From Octopus sinensis (Eukaryota), in NCBI RefSeq assembly GCF_006345805.1, contig NC_043023.1, positions 7,316,001-7,380,000 on the forward strand: a DNA stretch of 64,000 nucleotides. The letters run 5' to 3'. Both the position numbers and the translations under genes were made by a program. Positions 11,271 through 24,164 of this stretch are shown here, piece after piece; the first letter of the stretch is position 1; each line of letters starts with the position of its first letter. Under the pieces are notes generated by a model. It was not told the origin of the DNA. It saw only the letters and a list, made by a program, of their open reading frames with translations, and did no database searches.

Positions 11271-12660
11271 TAAGTCTTTATCACTACTGTCCCCAATCAA
11301 AAGCTTCGCAGCCCGCCTTCGCTAACCTGCGTGTTCTTTCCTCCTCAAAATTCTTAAAATTTTTTTAAGCCCGGTATGAAGATATTTGTTCGTCCTCCGC
11401 CATTACTTCAATCGTCTTTCCAACCCACTTCCGTGAAACTATATAAATAATCACCTCGTGTGCTTCTCTTTCATTCACCTCACACAGCGATGATCATAGC
11501 AAGCAAGCTAAGAATTCTCTTTCTTCCGACTCTTGTACACACACATACATTTGCCGCTAACCTTAAATAATCTATTCACTATTCTTCTTGTTCTTAAATA
11601 TAACCCTTAATTTGTTTATATATCCCTCGGTACCAAGTAATTTGTTCGTTACTCTGTTCATTCTTCAAACCCCGATTGTTTAAGTCTTTATCACTACTGT
11701 CCCCAATCAAAATCTTCGCAGCCCGCCATTCGCTAACCTGCGTGTTCTTTCCTCCTCAAAATTCTTAAAATTTTTTTTAAATGCCTCGGTATGAAGATAT
11801 TTCGTTCGTCCTCCGCCATTACTTTCAATCGTCTTTCCAACCCACTTCCGGTGAACCTATATAAATAATCACCTCGTGTGCTTCTCTTTCATTCACCCTC
11901 ACAGCGATGATCATAGCAAGCAAGCTAAGAATTCTCATTTCTTTTCTTCCGACTCTTGTACTACACACATACATTTGCCGCTAACCCTTAAATGTTCGAA
12001 TCTATTCACTAATTCTGCTTGTTCTTAAAATATAACCCTTTAATTTGTTTAATCCCTCGGTACCAAGTTAATTGTTCGTTACTCTCTACTCTGTTCATTT
12101 CTTCAAACCCCGATTGTTTAAGTCTTTATCACTACTGTCCCCAATCAAAAGCTTCGCAGTCCGCCATTCGCGGTTCGCCCGCCCTCCCTCCCCCCCCACC
12201 ACCCATACCGGAGAACACTCTGTTTACACCATCCTCACCGGATATCCCCTCTACCACCGCCACCACTACGTGTGTCTGTTCCTCCTAGCCCTCCTCCTCA
12301 ATATACTTTCTCACTATGTATTTTACCCCTGCCTATCTCCCCCTGGACAGAAGCAGCTAGCGCCGCAGCTCATCAAACGCCCCACTTAACCTGTTATCTT
12401 ATGTTTCCTCCTGTTTTTGAAATGTGTCACTGCCTCAACCGGCTATCTCCTTCCAGCCCCCTCCCCACTCGTGATATCCTACGTTTTACTTCCTACTTTT
12501 CATTCTGTCTAGAACCTGCCACCAACCCTACCTGTCATCGTTTCTCTTAACCCAAACCTTCCCCACTGGTGCTCCCCTATATTACATGCACCCCCCCCCA
12601 CCCTCTCTCCTCCTCTCTCCTCTCTGCTGCCGGAACCCTTCCCCCCTGCCGCAATGCAAC
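11271..12660. repeat. Unclassified pyrimidine-rich insert containing a ~410-440 bp tandem duplication
   Basis: AAGTCTTTATCACTACTGTCCCCAATCAAAA occurs at ~11271, ~11682 and ~12120, but only twice in copy 2. Confidence 0.7.
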
Positions 12661-12671
12661 GAAAAAAAGAC

Positions 12672-12895
12672 AATACCGATCGTGGCCGATGCCAGACCCC
12701 TCTGGCACCTGTGCAGGTGGCACGTAAAAAGCACCCACTACACTCGCGGAGTGGTTGGTTGGTTAGAAGGGCATCCAGCTGTAGAAACACTGCCAGATCA
12801 GACTGGAGCCTGGGGCAGCCCCTGGCTCCCCAGACCCCGGTCAAACCGTCCAACCCGTGCTGGCGCGGAAAACGGACGTTAACGATGATGATGAT
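12672..12895 (+). mobile_element. 5'-truncated SINE with a (GAT)n tail
   Basis: Homologous to 5610-5844. Confidence 0.8.
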
Positions 12896-13109
12896 ATATA
12901 TATATATATATACGACAGGCTTCTTTCAGTTTCCGTCTACCAAATCCACTCGCAAGGCATTGGTCAGCCCGAGGCTATAGCAGAAGACACACTGCCCAAG
13001 ATGACACGCAGTGGGACTGAACCCGGAACCATGTGGTTGGTTAGCAAGCTACTTACCACACAGCCACTCCTTGCTTTGCACTATTTCGAGTGTTACTATA
13101 TTGTGATTG

Positions 13110-13286
13110 GGATCTTTTCATTTCCAAGGCCTGATTGTCAGATTTTTCTAGTTAACTAAATAATTTGAAACTTCGTATACTGGTAGAGTGTCTCAAAGAA
13201 AACACTAGTTTCAACTTGTTTTTTTTGAGAAAAATGTATTTTATAAGTTTAAACGTAGTTTAAATCTGCGAATTTTAACCAATCGT
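13110..13286. mobile_element. Short insertion in the pogo 3' region flanked by a possible 4-bp target duplication (ATTG)
   Basis: ATTG occurs at 13106-13109 and 13287-13290. Removing the insert restores TATATTGTGATTGCACTAACG, as in recalled related elements. Confidence 0.45.
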
Positions 13287-13714
13287 ATTGCACTAACGTT
13301 TGATTTACTGTAACAGTATCAGACCTGTTTTTTACGTGTTTATTGAATCGAGGAAAAGTTCCCCTCCACTATGTGATCTAAATGTTGCACTACATGTTAT
13401 ACCTTGCTGTTGTTAAAAAATAAACAAAATACCACGTCACTGACTTTACCTCGGGGAAAATAATAAAACAGCTGTTTATTCATTTTGGGAGTGAACGGAG
13501 TTGTCAGAACGCTGGTTTGTAATCTATTAATAAAGTTTGACTGACCTATCCAACTGTTTTGTTGACATTCCTTTCAGCGCAGCTCCATCTAACGGATGCA
13601 TAACGTAACCCCAGCCCCTACTGTAGCATCTAGTCTATGCGGGGCGTCTTATATATGGACAAAGTTTTAAAATAGGCCATTCATTGAAGATGCGCCTTAT
13701 AACCCGGTGCGCCT

Positions 13715-13875
13715 TAACTCTAGTGCTAAAAATAGCTCCTTTTTCTGGTATAGCCACCAAAGTGGTTTCCACCAAGAAATGAGATTACCCTCAACGTAAG
13801 AAAAGTGAAATACAACGAAAAGATAGATTTTAATCTATTTTTAGCACTAGAGTTACCCACTTGGCGGTAACTCTC
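13715..13875. mobile_element. Small foldback/MITE-like element
   Basis: Perfect 21-bp inverted repeat TAACTCTAGTGCTAAAAATAG (13715-13735) / CTATTTTTAGCACTAGAGTTA (13835-13855), plus an overlapping hairpin AGAGTTACC/GGTAACTCT. Confidence 0.65.
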
Positions 13876-13991
13876 TTATATTTAAGTATAAATTTGTATT
13901 GTCTCCCTGGTTTTTTATGTGCTAAGCCACTTGGTGTTAAACTGATGTTATTATCAAATTAATATCTAATTTTTCACCCTCATTTATGTAT

Positions 13992-14811
13992 TGTTATATT
14001 TCGGAATGGTCATTTTGCCAGTTTAGCCAATAAAAACACACGCACTATATATTTGGTGTTATTTTGCTTCAGTGATATTTATTTTTTACATTAATCTTAA
14101 TCTTATTTCGGCCAGAGTTCTTTCGTCACACTCCTGTGACCGCATCAGTGGTCCTTTGTTTTCTTCTTACTTACTTGTGTCTCTCCTTACTAACCGTCAG
14201 CCATTTTGTATTTCTATTGTATGTCTTCATTTGCGCATGCTTATATCTCTATGTGCGTCTATGTTTATTTAGTGTGTGTGTGTGTGGGGGAATGTCTGTA
14301 ATATTTGTATCTTCTGTTTATATACATTCATGTAATTTGTATTCTGATTTTGTTGTTGTTGCTTTTGTTCTAATTTTGTTCATGTGTTTACATCCACCCA
14401 TTATTATCATTACATATGCTTGTATGTATGTATAACAACAATATTAGTAATAATAATAATAAATCTAATCGAAAAAAAAAATATATATATATATACATAC
14501 ATATACACATATATATACAAATGGCGGTGCCCCAGCATGGCCACAGCTCATAAGCTGAAACTAGAATCAATCATCAATCAATCAATCTTATACACATACA
14601 CATATATATACACATATACATACATATATATATATATACATATACATACACATACATACACATACATACATAGATATATATATACATATATATAGTTATT
14701 CATTTCTATTTGTTTATTTATCTGTGTATTTATTTACTATGTTTTCGGGATCCTCCATCGTCATATGTTGTGGTGTGTGCTATTGCTCCATTCTAGTTTT
14801 CTATTCAGGCT
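13992..14811 (-). repeat. Inverted 5' pseudo-LTR arm
   Basis: Reverse complement of 18462-19197, including the last codons of the endonuclease (LNRKLEW). Confidence 0.93.
14110..14154 (-). ncRNA. Minimal hammerhead-like motif, copy in the inverted arm
   Basis: Exact reverse complement of 19037-19081. Confidence 0.6.
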
Positions 14812-14817
14812 TGCAAG

Positions 14818-17800
14818 ATGCTGAAGAACACTATATTTTGTTGCCTAAAGAAAACTGTGACAACGCAACAGCTTCGTTTTATAAAACAATGTGTCTCGTC
14901 CAGAATATGTATCAACAAGGTCACAGCCAACGTTAAACGGCTTGACCTCACTAACGGACAAGCGGAAAGACTAAAAAGGACGCTAATGGTAAATATTAGA
15001 AATAGAATATACAGAGAGCTGAGCGAACAAGAGAAGCGTAAACGTATATTTTTAAAAGAAATTAAAAGTATCACCACACGAAGAAAACAGACATGTAATA
15101 CACCAATGCAATATCCATTTTAAGAGGAAGTTATCGTGGTTGAAACAGAAATGACAATATGAGCTCGCAAAGGAAGAAAAACAGAAATATCCAGATACAA
15201 TAAATGGAATTATTATGGAAGATGTGCTACTACCAGAAGAGTTCAATAAAGACAATGAAGCGAACATCTATGGGGGAGTAACATCGGACCCAGACGAAAT
15301 ATCGATACTTCAACTACCACCAAAGTATGCAATGTATAGTAAGGTGAATACCATCAAATGCCTGTCCGAAATTGAAAAGTCGTTCACAAAAATACGTTGG
15401 AATTTAAATAGATACAATGACAACAACAACGCGAAAAACACTAACCGCAGCAACAACAACACAAACAATAATGACCTCAGCAATAACAACCGTAGCAACA
15501 AAAGCAACAAGAATCCTAACAGCGGCAACAACAAAAACAATAGAAAAAATGAATGCATAGACACAAACAATAGATACAAAAACAAAAACACAAACAAAGA
15601 GAAAAATCGTATACAACAGCAACAACAACAACAATTATAGGGAGAACCGGCACACAAACACACACACAGATAACCATAGTCACAAAGACACGAATAAAAG
15701 TTGTGTCATAGGGGTCACGATGGAGAATAAAGTTGAATGCAACAGGATCCTTGGACAGGGAGTCGGCAGACTTGAAACAGATAACAATACTCATAGGAAC
15801 AAAAATAACAACCACAACAGGGGGAATAACAGGGACCAACAGACAGACATAAAACCCAACACTAATATGAACAACACATACACCAGAAACAGGAACAATG
15901 AATATATCACTAGCGATGATAGTAATAATGGCAATGGTAGGAATAAAGGTAATAACAATAATAGTGGTAGTAATGGTGGTGATGGTAACAGTAGAAGTAG
16001 TAATGAGGATAGTAGTGGTAGTAATAGGAATAATAGTAGTAGTGGTAATGGTGATAATAATAATAGGAAGGCTGATGTTGGAAACAGTAACGATAATGAA
16101 GATAACCCTAGAGAGACCATTGACATGTATACCCATCCCTTTGACACTCAATTCTTCAACGTATGCGACAAAACTTACTGCATGAACTGGATTTATCCAA
16201 CAACATTACCCTTCAACAAAAGATTATACATCCCAAGACGTACTAATGACCATATGGAAGCACAGTTCACTATAGCTAGGACCAAACTTAGACAGATTTT
16301 AGGATTATTCACTAAGAGACAGAGACAGAATAAGACAGAGGCCCAACAACTCGGGATTAAACCTGCATGTAGCCTACATAAGCTCATTCAGCGCACGAGG
16401 AACGGAGAGGTGATATGCCTTCCCACAGATAAATCCGGCAGGATGTCAATAGACAGCTTACCGAACTACATCCAGGCAATGCAACCTCATATCGCCAATA
16501 CAAAAATAACAACTGTACAGGTGCATGAGGAGAGAGAAAAGGTCCTCAATGCCCACATGATGATGTGGACAATTGTTCTGGGACCCCAGAAACGTACTGC
16601 AAAGAATTTCCAAGCCTGGAACAATGATATCCCGGCACTGTATGGACTTCGCAAGGACCATAAAGTTTTTACTGACCCTATAGCAGGACCACCAACAAGA
16701 CCAGTCTGTGGAGCGAATATCGCTAGCAACTACAAAATCTCCTACTTTCTCTCAATGATCATACGCCCTATAATCCGGATGTCACCTGATGTTTGTGACA
16801 GCACAGAAGATCTCCTAAGCAGAATCAGTGACTGTAACAAAACTTGTGACTTGACAGGATGTATAGTAGGTAGCATGGATGTGGTATCCCTATACCCATC
16901 GATTGACGTAGATTTTGCAGTGGAGAAGTGCGTGGAGATGATCAACGAGAGCCAGGTGGAGTTCTGTAATGTCAACACAGAAGAACTGGGCCTCCTACTT
17001 AGACTGACATATAATAAGGAATATTTAGGTAAACATAATCTTAGTAGTTTCTGCCCCAGTAGATGTTTAAGAGGTAGACCGCCTACAATTTCTTCTATGG
17101 CTAGGAAGACACATGTTGAAAGATGGCGCGGATGGACCAGAGCCATACGGAGCGCCGCAAATGTCCATCAGGTAAAGAATAGATCGCACATGCACTAGGA
17201 GCTAGTATAAGAGTACCCTAAAAGCCACACATTTAAATTTAATAATAAAATATATGCCCAGGACGAGGGGGCAGCCATCGGTGTTAGTATCGCTGGTGAT
17301 GTGGCCAACCTTTTCATGGTATGGTGGGACAGAAGGCTTAAAGAACGCCTACTGCAGAAATCCATACTTGTAACCATGTACTCTCCTATGTTGATGATAT
17401 CAACATAGTGGTAAAGGCACCCCCACAAGAGAGTAATGTTGATATAGTAATAGAAACTAATACTATGGAGAGCATCCAGCAAATAGCTAACTCCATCCAC
17501 CAGAGTATTAAGGTCACAATAGACTACCCCACTAAACACACCCAACCATAAACTACCATAATAGACACTAAACTCTGGCTAGAAATTGGTAATAATAAAA
17601 CCCAAATCCTTCATTATACTATGCAAAAACTATGGCCTCAAATACTGATCCACCGGAACTCAGCCATTGCGGGCAATGCCAAATTCAATATTTTGATGGC
17701 AGATCTCGTCAGAATAATGAGAAATGTGTCACGCATGTGCGAGCCTATAGAATTAAGAGACACATACAGTATTTCATTCACCGCATGCAGTTCTCAGGTT

Positions 17801-18510
17801 ACAGCCATAAGAAAGGACCAGAGTATACATAGGAGCCATGAAGAAATTTGATAATATATTATGTAATGATAGGAATGGGATTTGCCCACTCTATAGGAAC
17901 AAGTCATGGAACACTATAGAAAGGACAAAAAAGAAAATAGGGAAGGCCAACCCTGGTATGATAGCCATAAATACCAGAGTGTCATGTTCGTTGACACACC
18001 CCTGGAGTGAACTGGCGTACCGCTTTAGAAGGACCCTAGATAACTTAAACTAAGAATTAGGTTGTTGAAAAGCCAGGCAACCTATCAAATCTATAATTGG
18101 TAGAACCTATCCTTTTAGTAGAACCCCCTGTACGGATAAGTACTGTACTGTATGTAGATTTAGCCCACAAACAAACTGTAAAGCCAGAAATGTAGTCTAT
18201 AGTATAAGATGTATAGAGGGACGATGCAGTAAAACAGACAATAACATACGTAGGGGAAACGGCAAGAAGCATAGGAGAGCGGGTGAATGAACATTGGACA
18301 CAACTCAAGGAAGTAAAAGCTCATCGATTCTGTACCAACACGCCGAACAGGAACCGGGGGATCAATCAATAACATAGAGACTAAGATATTGTCCACACAT
18401 AGAACAGATGCAACAATTACAAATTACAGAAGCTACACATATAATAGAAAAAAATAAACCTAGCCTGAATAGAAAACTAGAATGGAGCAATAGCACACAC
18501 CACAACATAT
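14818..18510 (+). pseudogene. Penelope-like RT/GIY-YIG polyprotein, broken by frameshifts and stops
   Basis: ORF pieces 14818-15123, 15215-15640 and 15720-17198 lie in three different frames. RT motifs B'/C and the endonuclease continue in short frames downstream. Confidence 0.88.
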
Positions 18511-18675
18511 GACGATGGAGGATCCCGAAAACATAGTAAATAAATACACAGATAAATAAACAAATAAATGAATAACTATATATATGTATATATATCTATG
18601 TATGTATGTGTATATATATGTATATATATATATATGTATGTATATGTGTATGTGTATATGTGTATGTGTATATGT

Positions 18676-18715
<40 letters not shown>

Positions 18716-19197
18716 TTTTCGATTAGATTTATTATTATTATTACTAATATTGTTGTTATACATACATACAAGCATATGTAATGATAATAATGGGTGGATG
18801 TTAAACACATGAACAAAATTAGAACAAAAGCAACAACAACAAAATCAGAATACAAATTACATGAATGTATATAAACAGGAAGATACAAATATTACAGACA
18901 TTCCCCCACACACACACACTAAATAAACATAGACGCACATAGAGATTAAGCATGCGCAAATGAAGACATACAATAGAAATACAAAATGCTGACGGTTAGT
19001 AAGGGGGGAGACACAAATAAGTAAGAAGAAAACAAAGGACCACTGATGCGGTCACAGGAGTGTGACGAAAGAACTCTGGCCGAAATAAGATTAAGATTAA
19101 TGTAAAAAATAAATATCACTGAAGCAAAATAACACCAATATATAGTGCGTGTGTTTTATTGGCTAAACTGGCAAAAATACCATTCCGAAATATAACA
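18462..19197 (+). repeat. 3' pseudo-LTR arm (sense)
   Basis: Starts within the ORF end and terminates at a (TA)n tract. Confidence 0.93.
19037..19081 (+). ncRNA. Minimal hammerhead-like motif with a variant core, in the sense pseudo-LTR
   Basis: GGACCA-CUGAUGCG-GUCAC(aggagu)GUGAC-GAAA-G-AA-CUC-UGGCC. Helix II is a perfect 5 bp, helix I is 5 bp with one bulge, helix III is 2 bp. The core reads CUGAUGCG rather than CUGANGA. Confidence 0.6.
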
Positions 19198-19212
19198 TAT
19201 ATATATATAATA

Positions 19213-19252
<40 letters not shown>

Positions 19253-19424
19253 ATATATATGTATATATATATATATATATGTATATATATAATGTATATA
19301 TATATATATGTAATATATATATATATATATGTATATATATATGTATATATATTATATGTATATATATATATATATATATGTATATGTATATATATTATAT
19401 ATATATATATTATATATATATGAT

Positions 19425-21716
19425 TTTTTGATTTAGTTTCAGCTAATGAGCTGTGGCCATGCTGGGGAACTGGCCATTTGGTTTGCTACACGTTTTACCT
19501 CACGGATGCTTTTTAGCAAACGCCATCTGATGCATGAGAGAGTTCGATGCAGCTGCCCTCATCTGTGCCTCCTGCCGTGAAGTTGGTTCATCCGAGACAC
19601 CCGACAGGAAGAGATCCAGTCCTACTTTAAAGACATCCGCATCTACACCATGCAGGTCCCTCAGGTTCTTCGGGAGGATATTGAAGAGCCGTGGGCCTCT
19701 GAAGCCCAGGCTATCACAAATATCTTGTCCTACATCTTGATGGCAAATTTGGAGTCCTTGGTACTACGCAGTGGCGTCCGGTTCTGGCATTTGTGTGACT
19801 CTCGATGCCAAAGTCTGGGGCAAGACCTTCCAGGATCTTCCAGATATATATTATGGTATATCTTCTTTCTCGCTACGCTCCAGGGAATAGAGCTTTAATC
19901 TCTTGAGTCTCTCCAGTAGCTCATATGCTGCACAGAGGCTATCTTCTTCGTGTAGCTTCGTGTGGATCGCCTCATGTTCTGTGATCAACTTGACACGAAT
20001 GGTGACCATAGCTGAGAGCAATAGTCAAAAAGTGGGCTTAGGAACAAGTGTCTTCCAGAGGACCATCATGGTTTCTTGTTCTCTTTTCTCTAAAGGTTCT
20101 AAGAATCAAGCCAGCCACCGTCTACATTTCATTGTCAGTTTAGCAACATGTACATGAAAGGTCGCGTCATCACTCATGTGAATACCCAGGTCACGCACTG
20201 ATTGTGCCTCTGGGATTGCAATCCCTCCGGGTCCAGTGTATTCATTGGGTATTGGCATTCAGTTTGCATGCTGATAGTATAAAGCTTGAAACTTTTCAGC
20301 ATTGAACTGCATGCTATTCTTTCAGCCCACTTGTATATTTCGTCCAGCTCACATTGCAGGTGCTTAGTGTCTTCAGGGTTCTGTATTGCCTGTGAAACTT
20401 TTGTATCATCTGCATAACTTGTGATCGTGGCTCTCTGCGTGACTGAGGGCATGTCTGAGAGGGCCATTATGAACAGTAGTGGTCCAAAACAGTGCCCTGC
20501 GAACACCGCTCACTATTGCGTGTTAATGGAAGTGGCCCCATTGGCTGCTACCACCTGACTTCTATCCTTCAGAAAGTCATGAAGCCATTCTCCCAGTTTT
20601 CCAACTATGCCAAGATCACGCAGTTTTGTGACATATCATTCCATGATCAACTTTATCGAAGGCCTTTGCAAAGTCGAGATATATGACTTCCACATTAGAG
20701 TTTGAGCAGTTGTTTCAGCACCCAGTCATAGTGCTGCAGGAGCTGAGTTAAGCAGCTTTCTTCCTGGTTGGAAACCAGTTGGGTGTCAGGCAGCAAGTCA
20801 TTTTCTTCAAGGAAGGTGATTAGTTTCCTTCTGACTATTCGTTCGTCCATGACATTGCTGATGTGTGAGGTGAGGAGAGATAGGTCTGTAGTTCTTGGCC
20901 TCCGCTCTGCTACCTCCTTTATGAATAGGGCATATTTTACCTTCCTTCAGTTTTCTTGGAAGTTGCCAGCTGCAAGGAGCTCTGAAAGAGGAACTGCAGT
21001 GGTCTTGCTAGGACTTCTTACATACTTTTAGGAAGATTGCCGGGAATCCATCGGGGCCAATAGCTGAGTCTGTTTTTCATTTCATCTATAGCCTTTATTA
21101 CATCGTCTTCCTTTATATCGATGTAATTTATCGTCGCCCCTCTGATTCTATATCTGCAGTGGTAAAGAAGTCAGTTGGATTGCTGATTTGGAAATGCCAA
21201 GGGGTGGAGTGGAAATACTCTGAATTGTTCATCAGTATTTCACTTACCCTCATTGGTTTCCTGTGAGTGTGCCATCCTTTTCAAGGAGTGGCCCTATCCT
21301 ACAGTGCACCGTAGCTGTTTCTTTGGCATACCTGTAGAAAGCTCAGGGGTTAGTTTTTATGTTGTCTATAGCCCAGGCTTCTTTGTCTGCTCTTTCCTTC
21401 TCATGGAGAGTTGCAGACAATTTTCAATTTCCAAGTTTTATTTTCAGGCGGTACTTTTCACTGCTTTCAATTTGTTTGTTTAGGCGATTTGAAATTTTTG
21501 TACGCCGTCTCATTAAAATTTCCTCTCTCTGGGGATATTGTTCTTGTGTACAGTGGCCTTTCTCTCTGGGAACATTTATATAGCATATGGCTTGCAATAC
21601 GGACATGAATTGTTGAAGTATCATGTCGATGTCCGGCGAGGAGAGACATTCAGGCCTTTTCTTTGAGGATCTCTTTCTCAATTGTTTCCAGTTTCCTTAT
21701 TGAAGTTCAAGCAGGA
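19425..21716 (-). mobile_element. 5'-truncated, degenerate CR1-group LINE (RT plus 3' tail)
   Basis: Minus-strand FGPLLF...YADDTKV (YADD at 20405-20416) and a C-terminus SLGFRGPRLFNILPKNLRDL...DEP. The 3' tail is CCCCAGCATGGCCACAGCTC. The clade assignment is from recall. Confidence 0.85.
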
Positions 21717-21725
21717 ATATATATA

Positions 21726-21778
<53 letters not shown>

Positions 21779-21793
21779 TTAATATATTATATG

Positions 21794-21827
<34 letters not shown>

Positions 21828-21845
21828 AATAATATATATGTATGA

Positions 21846-21882
<37 letters not shown>

Positions 21883-22105
21883 ATATATACATATATGTAT
21901 ATATGTATATATATATATATGTATAATATATATATATATGTATATATATATATATGTATATATGTATATATATATATGTATAATATATATATATATATAT
22001 ATTATGTATATATATATATATATATATATATGTTATATATATATATATATATATATATGTAATATATATATATTATATATGTATATATGTATATATATAT
22101 ATAGG

Positions 22106-22156
<51 letters not shown>

Positions 22157-22221
22157 TATATATCTGTGTATATATATATATGTATATATATATATGTATA
22201 TATATATGTATATATATATGG

Positions 22222-22254
<33 letters not shown>

Positions 22255-22539
22255 GTATATATATGTATATATATATATATGCATATATATATGTATATAT
22301 TATATATGTATTATATTATATATATATATGTATAGATATATATATGTATATATATTATATATTATTATATTATATGTATACATATATATATGTATATATA
22401 TATATATATTGTATATATATTATATATGTATATATATGTAATATAAGTAATATATATATATGTAATGTATATATATATATATATATATGTATTATATATA
22501 TATGTATATATAGGTATATATAAGTATATAGATATATGG

Positions 22540-22590
<51 letters not shown>

Positions 22591-22595
22591 TTGTA

Positions 22596-22626
<31 letters not shown>

Positions 22627-23031
22627 GTACAGATATGTATAATGTATATATATGTATATATATATATAGTATAATTATATATAATATATATATATTGTAT
22701 AATATATATATATATATATGTATATATATGTTTATATATGTATATATATTATATATAGATATAGTATATATATGTTTATATATGTATATATATATATATA
22801 TATTGTATATAATATGTTTTATAATGGTTATATATATATAATTGATATATATGTATATATATGTATATATATAGATATATGTTATATATATATGTATATA
22901 TATATATAGATATGTATTATATATATATATATATATGTATATATATGTAGATATATGTATATATATAGATATAACTATTATATATATGTATTATATATTT
23001 CTGTATATAGATATTGTATATTATATATATG

Positions 23032-23064
<33 letters not shown>

Positions 23065-23091
23065 TATATTGTATATATATATATATATGTA

Positions 23092-23126
<35 letters not shown>

Positions 23127-23175
23127 TATATGTATATTATATATATGTATATATATATATATGTATATATATATA

Positions 23176-23214
<39 letters not shown>

Positions 23215-23481
23215 TATATGTATAATAATATATATATGTATATATATATATAATGTATTATATATATATATATGTATATATATATGTATATGTATATATA
23301 TATGTGTATATGTATAGATATATATGTATATGTATATAGATATATATATGTATATGTATATATTATTAGATGTATATTATATTATGTATAGATATTATAT
23401 GTATATTGTAATATATATATGTTATATGTATATATATATATGTAATATATATATAATATATATGTATATAGAATATATATG

Positions 23482-23535
<54 letters not shown>

Positions 23536-23579
23536 AGGTATATATATATGTTATAGATATATATATATATACATATATG

Positions 23580-23612
<33 letters not shown>

Positions 23613-23753
23613 TATATGTATATATATATCTATATATGTATATATAATATATGTATATATATTATATATATATGTATATATATATATGTATATATATATA
23701 TATACATATATGTATATATATATATATGTATATGTATATATATTATGTATATG

Positions 23754-23790
<37 letters not shown>

Positions 23791-24095
23791 GTATATATAT
23801 ATAAATATACATATATGTATATATATATATATGTATATGTATATATAATATGTATATGTATATATATATAAGTATATGTATATATATATATATCTATATA
23901 TATTATAGTTATATATGTATATATATATATATGTATATATGTATATATATATATGTATATATATATATGTATATATATATATATGTAATATATATATATA
24001 TATGTATATTTATATATGTATATATATATTAATATATGTTATTATATATATATATATATACATATACATATTAATACATATAGATATTATTATAC

Positions 24096-24164
<69 letters not shown>

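Larger units (their letters stand above)
11063..13071 (-). mobile_element. Octopus-type SINE split in two by insertions into its central microsatellite
   Basis: The 3' half is at 11063-11270 and the tRNA-like 5' half at ~12896-13071 (minus strand AGGAGTGGCTGTGTGGTAAGTAGC...CCGGGTTCAGTCCC). Confidence 0.85.
1..13450 (+). repeat. Segmental duplication, copy 1 (direct repeat of 50900-64000; left edge lies outside the window)
   Basis: Position 1 TTTGCACCCTAAGCTC recurs at 50900. The last window bases (ACCACGTCACTGACTTTACC) match 13431-13450. The ORF track is duplicated at an offset of ~50.9 kb. Confidence 0.97.
9540..13715 (+). mobile_element. pogo-superfamily DD35D (Passer-type) DNA transposon, interrupted by nested insertions; intact TIRs not found
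   Basis: Contains the transposase ORF. The 3' sequence appears to resume after inserts at 13072 and 13287 and ends in the repeated motif GCGCCTTATAACCCGGTGCGCCTTA. Element boundaries partly rely on recalled fish Passer-like sequence. Confidence 0.75.
13992..19197 (+). mobile_element. Penelope-like retroelement (C-terminal GIY-YIG, Neptune-like linker) with inverted pseudo-LTRs
   Basis: RT motifs TDKSG, LYGLRKDHK, SMDVVSLYPSI, QDEGAAIG and YVDD (17387-17398). GIY-YIG motifs VVY (18192) and YVGET (18247). Arms 13992-14811 and 18462-19197 are reverse complements. Confidence 0.92.

Noticed and set aside
13021-13071. tRNA-like A/B-box sequences here and at 3225-3273, 4960-5000 and 50770-50835
   Set aside because: They are SINE heads without a complete cloverleaf, not tRNA genes.
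21222-21240. CTGATGA on the minus strand
   Set aside because: Lies inside LINE coding sequence with no matching GAAA or helices.
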